DNA of 32,697 nucleotides. It comes from Octopus sinensis (lineage: Eukaryota). Below the pieces are notes generated by a model that saw only the letters and a program-made list of their open reading frames with translations, had not been told where the DNA came from and searched no databases. The translations under genes and the position numbers were made by a program. How positions within the stretch are numbered: position 1 is the stretch's first letter; every line of letters starts with the position of its first letter. The stretch lies in assembly GCF_006345805.1 (NCBI RefSeq), contig NW_021832763.1:1-32697 (forward strand), in the 5' to 3' direction. This document shows positions 24,270-32,697 of this stretch, piece by piece.

Positions 24270-24432
24270 GTCTTCTTCTAGTTCCATTTACCAAATCCAC
24301 TCACGAGGTTATGGTCAGCCCAGGGTTATATTAGTGGAAACTGAACTGAGGCATTTCACTCTGGAATTGAACCCAAGACCTTAAGTATGGCTGTGTGGTT
24401 GAGAAGCTTGCTTCCCAACCACACAGCCATAC
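24270..24432 (-). mobile_element. Family A SINE 5' half with a rearranged, palindromic head
   Basis: Reverse complement of GGCTGACC..GTGAGTGGATTTGGT..GAAGAAGACC plus a reverse B-box GGAATTGAACCC. Confidence 0.65.
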
Positions 24433-24476
24433 AATTATGTGCGTGTGTGTGCATGTGCATGCATGTATGTGTGTGT

Positions 24477-24690
24477 GAGGGGGTGCTGAAAAGTTCCTGG
24501 CTTCGGGTTAAAGAAGATACTGGAGGTTCAATTGATTATGATTTTATTGAACATATTCACCTCTCAGATTCACACACTCATTGCAGCGGTCCTTCAGTTT
24601 TTCCAAGCCCTGTAAAAGAACTCGGAAGGCTGGGCCTCCAACCAGGCCTTTCATAATACCCTTAAAGCCAGGAAATTTACAACACCCAAC
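24477..24690. mobile_element. Tc1/mariner-type MITE
   Basis: TIRs GGGTGCTGAAAAGTTCCTGGCTT / AAGCCAGGAAATTTACAACACCC (20/23 match); TA TSD not clean. Confidence 0.7.
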
Positions 24691-24760
24691 TGGTACCTAG
24701 GTACATATATATATTAATATATATATATATATTAATATATTAATGTATATATATATATAT

Positions 24761-25152
24761 CAACATCATCATCATCATCATCATCGTTTAGCATCTGCTT
24801 TCCATGCTGGCATAGGTTGGACGGTTCAACTGGGGTCTGGGAAGCCAGAAGGCTGCACTAGGCCCAGTTTGATCTGGCAATGTTTCTATGGCTGGATGCC
24901 CTTCCTAACGCCAACCACTCCATGAGTGTAGTGGGTGCTTTTTACGTGCCACCGGCACAGGTACCAGACGAGTCTGGCAAACGGCTACGATCGGATGGTG
25001 CTTTTTATGTGCCACCGGCACGGGGACCAGGCGAGGCTGACAACAGACATGAACGGATGGTGCTATTTACGTGCCACCGGCACAAAGCCAGTCGGGGCGG
25101 CGCTGGCAACGGCCACGAACAGATGGTGCTGTTGCCAGCGCCGCCCCGACTG
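24761..25152 (-). mobile_element. RTE 3' end (family B) with three ~60-bp tandem units
   Basis: (CAT)n tail, repeated GTGCCACCGGCAC..ATGGTGC units. Confidence 0.8.
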
Positions 25153-25203
25153 TATATGTATATATATGTGTATATATATATATGTATATATATATATATG
25201 TAT

Positions 25204-25236
<33 letters not shown>

Positions 25237-25899
25237 CACATAAATATATAGATAGTATATAAATATATATACACACATGTATGATGTAAGGCTTTATAAG
25301 TGGTTGTGGTAAGGGTGGTGGAGGGATGGTGGTAGTGGTATTGATGGTTTTCATGATGATGATGGTGATGATGGGGACAGCGTGTATGGCCTGGACTACT
25401 GGATTCAACTGTACTTTTCTTCTTTCCATGGGTGATAAAGAATGCGCCAGAAATATATTAAAATACTACCATTCAATCAATTATCCCTTGTGAGTAGTTA
25501 AAAAGAAACCGATATTTCATCTCAAAAAACAAAACGTAAAAAAATAACGAAAGAAAGAAAAAAATGGAAAACAACAACAACAAAATATTATTTAAATCTG
25601 TTCAGCAATATTAACTCAGTGTATGTTGTTGTTGTTGTTAACATATAAAGACAAAGATTAGCAATAGAAACAGAAATAGCAACTTTTACTGTCGCAGCAA
25701 AACCAAGATAAAATTGTTCAATTTCACATGTCTGGCATCTCAAGTCTCAAGTAGGTCTGTTAAAGCAAACCAGACAGCCTCACATTGTGTTTTATTCAAT
25801 ACATAGATTCTCAGTTCCGCTAAAATGGTTTGGAGAAACAGCAGCAGCAGCAGCAGCAGCAGCAATGGCAGCAGCTTGAGTTTAGGCGACAGACTATAA

Positions 25900-26180
25900 T
25901 CAATAGTTCATACTGGACTAATATTACTTTTGTCTGACCAATCAGATTGGACTAGTTTTATTTCAATCAGCCAATCAAGACTAGCAATAGTTTTGCCTTA
26001 TCAATCACGTCTGGCTTTTTTGTTGTTTGACTGACCAATGAACTCTCGTTTTTATTTCAACTGGTCAATCGTATCTTTGCTTTTAAACAGCAACTGACCA
26101 ATCGCTCGTTGCTTTTACTTTAATTGATAAACTGTCTCTTACTTTTAATTTAACATGACCACAACTAAAACTGACCAGTT
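25900..26180. promoter_or_regulatory. Multi-CCAAT (NF-Y-type) promoter-like array
   Basis: CCAAT/TCAAT at 25938, 25971, 26001, 26035, 26065, 26098, plus ATTGG at 25946. Confidence 0.55.
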
Positions 26181-26310
26181 GGAAATCACTCCAGAACTAT
26201 GGGTCACTCATATTAAATTAGTTTTACATTTAATATCAAACCAAATTTAGCTTTATATCCACAGATCAATTTTAAACTGAAGAAATAATAAGAAATTCAA
26301 TATGTTAGTG

Positions 26311-27033
26311 AATAATAATAATAATAATCTTTTCTATTATAAGCACAAGACCTGAAATTTTGGAGAAGAGAGCCAGTTGATTAGATCGACCTCAGTACCC
26401 AACTGGTACTTGATTTATTGACCCTGAAAGGATAAAAGGCAAAGTTGACCTTCGCGGAATTTGAACTCAGAACGTAGACTGACGAAATACCACTAAGCAT
26501 TTCGCCTGGCGTGCTAACGTTTCTGCCAGCTTGCTGTCAATAATAATCCTTTCTATTATAGGTACAAGGCCTGAAATTTTGGGGGAGGGAGCCAGTCGAT
26601 TAGATCGACTCCAGTACGCAACTGGTACTTAATTAATCAACCCTGAAAAGATGAAAGGCAAAATCAACCTCAGCGGAATTCGAACTCAGAACGTAAAATT
26701 TTGGGGACGGTGATTACTTGATTACAATGACCCCAGTGTTCAAGTGGTACTTGTTTCATTGACCTCAAATGGACAAAAGGCAAAGTCAATCTTAGTGGAA
26801 TTTGAACTCAGAGCATAAAGATGGACAAAATGCCACTAAGTTTTTGTCTGGTTTAACCTTTTCGACTGTAGGCACAAGGCCTGGAATAGTGAATTACATC
26901 AACCCCAGTACACAACTGGTACTTATTTTATAAGCCCCAAAAGGATGAAAAGCAAAGTCGACCCTGGCAGTGTTTGAACTCAGAACAAAAAGTATTTTGT
27001 CCTCTGTGCTAACAATTTTACTAACTCACACCT
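26311..27033 (-). mobile_element. Four tandem family C SINE copies, all minus strand (a fifth at ~27330-27480)
   Basis: Reverse-complement AAAGGCAAAGTTGACC..GGAATTTGAACTC repeated; (AAT)n tails. Confidence 0.85.
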
Positions 27034-27037
27034 TTAG

Positions 27038-27285
27038 ACAGTGATGATGATGACGCTGATGATGGTGATGATGGTGAGGGAGAAGATGATGATCATGATG
27101 ATCATGATGATGAAGATTATGATGATGATGATGATGATGACGACGACGACGACGATGATGGTGATGATGATGATGACGATGACAATGATGACGTTGGGGA
27201 AGATGACAATGACAGCGTCTACAACAATGACAATGACGATGACCACAACAACAACGATGATGACGACAATGTTGATGATGATAAT
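27038..27285. repeat. Compound (GAT)n/(GAC)n array
   Basis: Directly visible. Confidence 0.95.
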
Positions 27286-28351
27286 TTCTAACATAGACAC
27301 AAGCTGCAAATATTTTTATTAAGTGCTGTATAGTTTGATCAGATCAAACCCCAGTATATGACTGGTACTTATTTTACCAATCATGGAACAATTGGACTGT
27401 GAAATCAGCCTCAATGCGTTTTGAACTCAGAAAGGAAAAGGACATACCTAAATACCATTGTATTTTGCTTGGCATTTTATTGATTGTTGCCTTCACACTC
27501 TGTTTGCAGAGGCATGAGACCATGTTTTAAATTAGACCAGTTAGATTAGATGCTAATTCTCACTTGAAACATCTTCTTCACATCCTGATAGAAAATATAA
27601 ACATGGCTTCTCCGTATTTAACACACTCAAGTCTAATTACATTTAAATGAAAACCTGAAAGGATTAAACAGACATTATTGATGCCTGGAGACTAGAACAA
27701 ATGAATCCAAAAACCACAATTTTTGTGTTAATTAAAAGAATAAAAAGAAATAATTCTAGATTCTGTGTTAATTAAAAAAAAAAGAAGAAAAGAATGCTAG
27801 ATTTATTTCCTGAAGTCTTTGTCAGTGTACCCTAAGGCTTTCATATTTCCATACCTCTTAATTCTACTCCCCTTTTTTTTTTCTTTTCTTAATTATCAAA
27901 TTTATTTCTAATGATATCAGTGATACAGATGAAGCAACTAAGGCACAGAAATTAATGGGCTGAACCAAGAGACAATACACTGGAACAGTTTTCTTTGACC
28001 TTCTCATGGTTCATATCAGGATTTAAGTTCAGCATTGAACAGAAGGTTGTTAAGTGTTGGTGGCTGAAAGTTAATTTGCCAAAGCTGATGGCGGTGTCAG
28101 AGTTTATATTTTCTTTCAAAACAATACTGAAGGTGTAACAGTCGATTACGCTGAATAACAATTTTTCTTTTTGTCTTTGGTTAGTAAGTGCCATTTCTTA
28201 TTCACTTTTATCTAGAAATTGAAGGAAATGACTACTATTCCCTTCCAACTTTGCTTTTTTGACTAGGACATCAATGTTTCCAAACTGACCTATTTTCCAT
28301 TACATCTCAGACAGACTCAGAGCTGAGTTGCTGAAGCAGAAATATTGCTGT

Positions 28352-28500
28352 AGCAAATATTCTGCTCAATACCACAGATTTGCTTGTCAATTGCTTGACC
28401 TTAATCACTTGAGCATGTCCCTTAGTGGCTGATAATATGTGCACCTCTGATCATGAGCAGGAGTAATGGTGGAGCAACATAGCAATGTGCTGAGAGGGAT
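28352..28500 (+). mobile_element. Partial family E repeat
   Basis: Reverse-complement homology to ~8550-8702. Confidence 0.65.
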
Positions 28501-28679
28501 TGTTTGGGGTTTGAAAAAATGTAAGAAAAGCAAAGTTTGAAGGAAATATTGGCCATTTTTCATACTTTCTTGGAGTAAGCAAACAGGAAATAACCGTTAT
28601 TACCAAAGGACAAATATTGTGTAGCACAGTGTTATACAACCACTGGTCCTATGAGTATTCTCTCCTATAGAGTGTCTTT

Positions 28680-29030
28680 CTTCTTTTAATCCTTTTTGCC
28701 CCTTGTGGAGCATAGGGCCTCAACAGTTGTTTTCCACATTTTGCAGTCATTGGCGTGTTTCTTGGCTGAAGAACTGAATAAGTGTTAAATGAACTGTTGT
28801 TGGTTCCTGTAACAGGTGTCTTTTTTTACGTGTATAGGATGTTAGCACAACCCCCGAATCTGGAGGGCCGATGTGGTATACTTTAGTCTGACTCCTCCTC
28901 TTCGACCAAACCAGCAAGGTTAAACCTACCAGGGGAAGACGTCCCCCACTGGCACATGCTCTAGGGATCATAAGAGTACGCAAGCCTCCCCGCCATGTCA
29001 AGGCCACACACAGGGAGAGGCCTTTAGAGT
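28680..29030 (-). mobile_element. Internally deleted (bipartite) RTE derivative: 5' UTR joined to the ORF 3' end
   Basis: Minus strand GACATGGCGGGGAGGCTTGCGT..ATGATCCCTAGAGC..CCTCCAG..GGGGGTTG..GCTAACA..CGTAAAAAA recalls RTE 5' UTRs (from memory), followed by HANDCKMWKTTVEALCSTRGKKD* (RTE A-x-D-R-x-x-W..ALCS end). Confidence 0.7.
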
Positions 29031-29281
29031 GCAGCTCACATTTAAGCTTCATAAAGAGTTGGCAAATCCACAAACGGTTGAGTCAATTTGGTTTCCAGCC
29101 AAGAAGCCAGAGGAGCAATGGCTTGTATCCTATTGTCTCTATTATATGACATCCATGGTTGCCACATATCACTGTTAACTCAATGGTTCCACCCTACCAA
29201 TCTGTGAGAAAGTAATCAGTGCAGGCTTGAACTATATTGGTCAGGATGTTTACTTCATAACTCTGCAGTTCTGAGTTCAAA

Positions 29282-29694
29282 CCCAGGAAGACATGGGGCA
29301 AAGTACTGAAGGACGAACTCGGAACATTGAACCTTTCAAAAGAGAGGACAAAGGATCAAGATAGCTAGTGCCTTGCTGTACTCAAGTAGACTTGCCCTCC
29401 ACAGCAGAAGTGTTAAGGCTGCTCCGCCTGATGAAGAGGATTGGCCTGCAAGAGCCCTGAGCTGGTGCCATGTAAAAAGCACTCATGCTGGCACCACATA
29501 AATGTGCTTGTGCCGGTGCCACATTAAAATCCCCAGCACACTGTAATGGTGTTAGGAAGGACATCCAGCCATAGAAACCAAACCAAATCAGACTGGAACA
29601 TAGTGCGGCTCTCCGGCTTGCCAGCTCTGGTCAAATCGTCCAGCCCATGCCAGCATGGAAAACAAATTTAAAGGATAATGATGATGATGATGAT
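29282..29694 (+). mobile_element. RTE LINE 3' fragment (decayed ORF end plus family B 3' UTR and (GAT)n tail)
   Basis: PRKTWGKVLKDELGTLNLSKERTKDQDS*CLAVLK* fits the RTE C-terminal PRKTW..DL..A.DR..WR pattern and runs into family B sequence. Confidence 0.75.
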
Positions 29695-29711
29695 ATGTAT
29701 GTGTGTATAGG

Positions 29712-29858
29712 CACAGGCATGGCTGTGTGGTAAGAAGCTTGCTTCCCAACCACATGGTCCCGGGTTCAGTCCTACTGTGTGGCACCTTGGGCAAGTGTCT
29801 TCTACTATAGCCTCGGATATTGACCAAAACCTTGTGAGTGCATTTGGTAGACGGAAAA
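29712..29858 (+). mobile_element. Family A SINE 5' half
   Basis: GGCATGGCTGTGTGGTAAGAAGCTTGC..GGCACCTTGGGCAAGTGTCTT..GACGGAAA. Confidence 0.8.
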
Positions 29859-29864
29859 TATATA

Positions 29865-30069
29865 CAGTAGTCCCTCGCCATATCGTGGTTCACCTATCAT
29901 TGTTTATTATTTAAGCTGACGTTGAATCCTTGCATTTATAATAAAATAAATATATACAAACTATGAAAATAATTTTAAAAAATACAGTATTGTACTGTTT
30001 CTAATTCACAGATTTTCACCTATCACGGGGGGGGGGGATGTAACACCCACAATAGTCAAGGGATTACTG
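29865..30069. mobile_element. pogo/Tigger-like MITE
   Basis: TA-CAGTAGTCCCTCG ... CAAGGGATTACTG terminal inverted repeats. Confidence 0.7.
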
Positions 30070-30109
30070 TGTGTATATGTATATATATATATACACTCAC
30101 ACATACATA

Positions 30110-30316
30110 CATCATCATCATCATCATCATCATCGTTTAACGTCCGCTTTCTATGCTAGCATGGGTTGGATGATTTGACTGAGGACTGGCAAACCAGATG
30201 GCTGCACCAGGCTCCAATCTTGATCTGGCAGAGTTTCTACAGCTGGATGCCCTTCCTAATGCCAACCACTCCGAGAGTGTAGTGGGTGCTTTTACGTGCC
30301 ACCTGCACAGGAGCCA
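30110..30316 (-). mobile_element. RTE 3' end (family B)
   Basis: (CAT)n-CGTTTAACGTCCGC.. Confidence 0.8.
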
Positions 30317-30376
30317 TACATATATATATATACATACATACACATATATATACATACACACACACATGCATGTATG

Positions 30377-30413
<37 letters not shown>

Positions 30414-30425
30414 CGCACACACTTA

Positions 30426-30616
30426 TGAGAGAGAAAAAAGTAGGGAAGACAAGATTGTTAAATTCAACTTAATAACCTCTGTCTTTTGCTATCTCTCTCT
30501 CTCTCTCTCCTTCTCTACATATATATAGAGAGAGAGAGACAGAGAGAGAAAGAGAGCAAAACACAAGCTTACTTGAATTTAACAATTTCGTCTTCCTTAC
30601 ATTTTTTTATCTCTCA
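30426..30616. repeat. ~190-nt imperfect inverted repeat
   Basis: GTAGGGAAGACAAGATTGTTAAATTCAA pairs with TTGAATTTAACAATTTCGTCTTCCTTAC; inner (CT)n/(AG)n also pair. Confidence 0.8.
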
Positions 30617-31157
30617 AATCTGTATTTTGTCTGAGGTTTTTCTGTGGTCTTGCCAGAAGAATCTATGATCCAAGATCAAAATACACAAAGGAATGGTTGA
30701 CCAACCAAGATATACAAAATGGTTTAACTTTCTAGGCGCCAGAACAAGTGCGCTATGCAATAAGTTTGATTTCTTAAATAATACAGAGAAAATATTGGAA
30801 AGGCATGTTATATTAAAATGTTTCAATAAAACATTATTTATGTTGCTTTATTTTATATCCTGGACCCTTTCATCTTTATCTCCCTCTCGTCTCTATCTAT
30901 TTATCTATTGATGTGTCTGTGCGTCTTTTACTATAGCGCTAGACCAGTCAAGACCTTGTAAGTGGGTTTGGTAGACAGAAACCGAGGGAAAGCTGTTTTG
31001 TGTGTGTATGTGTGTGGGTGGGTGTGTATGTGGATGTGTGTGTGTGTGTGTGTGTGTGTAAAGTGTATATAATATATATAACACATATATAATATATATA
31101 TATATATAGATATATGTATATGTTGTAGGTATATAAGTATGCATGTATGTATATAAT

Positions 31158-31219
<62 letters not shown>

Positions 31220-31234
31220 TATATATATAGTGTT

Positions 31235-31621
31235 TGTGTGGTAAGTAGCTTGCTTACCAACCACATAGTTCCGGGTTCAGTCCCACTGCGTGGCACCTCG
31301 GGCAAGTGTCTTCTACTATAGCCTCAGGCTGACCAAAGCCTTGAGAGTGGATTTGGTAAACGGAAACTGAAAGAAGCCCATCGTATGTATGTATATGTAT
31401 GTGTGTGTATATATTTGTGTGTTGGTTTGTTCCCCTAACATTGCTTGACAACCAATGCTGGCGTGTTTACGTCCTCGTAACTTAGCGGTTCAGCAAAAGA
31501 GCCCGATAGAATAAGTACTAGGCTCACAAAGAATAAGTCCTGGGGTCGATTTGCTCAACTAAAGGCGGTGCTCCAGCGTGGCTGCAGTCAAATGACTGAA
31601 ACAAGTAAAAGAGTAAAAGAG
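31235..31621 (+). mobile_element. Family A SINE
   Basis: Homologous to 19907-20304. Confidence 0.85.
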
Positions 31622-31632
31622 TATATGACTAA

Positions 31633-31868
31633 GGGTGTCAAGACACCTACATTGCTAGAAATAAGAGCTAAAATGTTCTAATGCTGTAGGAAAAGTACAT
31701 AATTGTATACATATATGATCACAGGGGTTGTAATCACCCAAAAACACCCACTCAAGAATTCCCATTTCTGGGCAATAACAGCCCCTGTGAGCATATATGT
31801 ATACAATTATATGCTTTACCTACAGCATTAGAGCTCTTATTTCTAGCAGTGTAGGTGTCTTGTCTTCC
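31633..31868. mobile_element. Foldback MITE with ~90-bp arms (possibly Kolobok-type)
   Basis: Arms CAAGACACCTAC..CACAGGGG / CCCCTGTG..GTAGGTGTCTTG; flanks CTAA-GG ... CC-TTAA. Confidence 0.7.
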
Positions 31869-32189
31869 TTAATTGCATTTAGTGATAATTATATTTTTCC
31901 TTTATGGTAACAGATGGCTACTTCTATTAACTTTTCTATTTATATTGTTTTAGTCATTTTCCATTTCACTGTGGCCATGCTGGGTCACTGTCTTGAAGGT
32001 TTTAGTCAAACACAGATTGACCACAAGACTTATTTTTTAAAGCCTAGTACTTATTCTATCGGTCTCTTTTGCTGAACTGCTAAGTTAGGGAAAGGAAACA
32101 GACCAACACGATTGTTAAGCAGTGGTGGGGAGACAAATACAGACACAAAGACACACAAACCACACACCACCACCCACCACATGCAACCC

Positions 32190-32430
32190 ACACATGATGG
32201 GCTTTCTTTCTTATTTGTTTATTGCCCACAAGGGGCTAAACATAGAGGGGACAAACAAGGACAAGAAAAAGGGATTACATCGACTCCAGTGCGTAACTGG
32301 TACTTAATTATCAACCCCGGAAGGATGAAAGGCAAAGTTGATCTGGCAGATTTGAAATCAGAATGTAAAGACAGATGAAATACCGCCAAGCATTTCACCT
32401 GGCGTTGCTAACGTTTCTGCAGCTCGCTGC
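32190..32430 (-). mobile_element. Family C SINE
   Basis: Reverse complement of 6674-6905. Confidence 0.8.
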
Positions 32431-32449
32431 CTCAATTTCTTTCAGTTTC

Positions 32450-32582
32450 TATCTACTAAGTCTACTCACAAAGTTTTGGTTGGCCAGAGGTTAAAGTAGA
32501 AGACACTTACCCAAGGTGTATGCAGTGGATCTGAACCCAGAATCATGTAGTTGGGAAAGCAAGTTCTACCACACAGTCACAC
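32450..32582 (-). mobile_element. Family A SINE 5' half
   Basis: GAAGACACTTACCCAAGGTG..CTGAACCCAG..CTACCACACAG. Confidence 0.7.
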
Positions 32583-32619
32583 ACATGTATATCATCATGA
32601 TCATGATATCACCCTTAAT

Positions 32620-32697
32620 GTCATCTTTGATCGTCTGCCGTTACATTCTGAGTTCAAATTCTGCTGAGGTCACTTTTCTTCATCCTTCGGGGTCGAT
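32620..32697 (+). mobile_element. Partial family C SINE running off the window edge
   Basis: TTCTGAGTTCAAATTCTGCTGAGGTCAC..CATCCTTCGGGGTCGAT. Confidence 0.75.

Noticed and set aside
25067-25429. Minus ORF MERRKVQLNPVV.. and the His-rich alternative frame
   Set aside because: Runs into microsatellite and RTE sequence, with no recognisable domain or clear splice donor
27952-28194. 80-aa ORF (a plus frame is also open)
   Set aside because: No recognisable homology or convincing splice sites
28820-29030. HDV-like ribozyme in the RTE 5' UTR
   Set aside because: Could not build the P1-P2-P3 double pseudoknot by hand; needs a descriptor search
30640-30745. Protein-like frame RIYDPRSKYTKEWLTNQDIQNG
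   Set aside because: Weak donor, early stop and no recognised homologue

Overview
AT-rich, microsatellite-saturated animal genomic DNA, intronic or intergenic. The repeat repertoire (tRNA-derived SINEs, RTE tails ending in (GAT)n, piggyBac/hAT/Tc1 MITEs) resembles Octopus; the species assignment is inference from memory. No host protein-coding gene can be confidently called, and almost all ORFs in the track are translations of simple repeats. Real coding remnants are all retrotransposon ORF2 C-termini: a Tx1/L1-clade element (13636-14564), a CR1-like fragment (minus, ~23800-24150) and RTE fragments (~28685-28760 minus, 29282+ plus). The most notable structure is two co-oriented, 5'-truncated copies of a young Tx1-like LINE, both sitting inside one (TATC)n/(GATA)n array and ending AATAAAGAAACA-(TATC)n with no poly(A) tail. 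This suggests a (GATA)n-microsatellite-targeting retrotransposon. Other highlights: six CCAAT/TCAAT boxes phased at 30-34 bp (25938-26102), a co-oriented array of about 13 SINE copies with nested self-insertion, a bipartite non-autonomous RTE, three long hairpins (24385, 30426, 31633), and a transposon-free, CpG-retaining zone at 1-5650 that probably contains regulatory DNA. Boundaries of old repeats are by-eye estimates.
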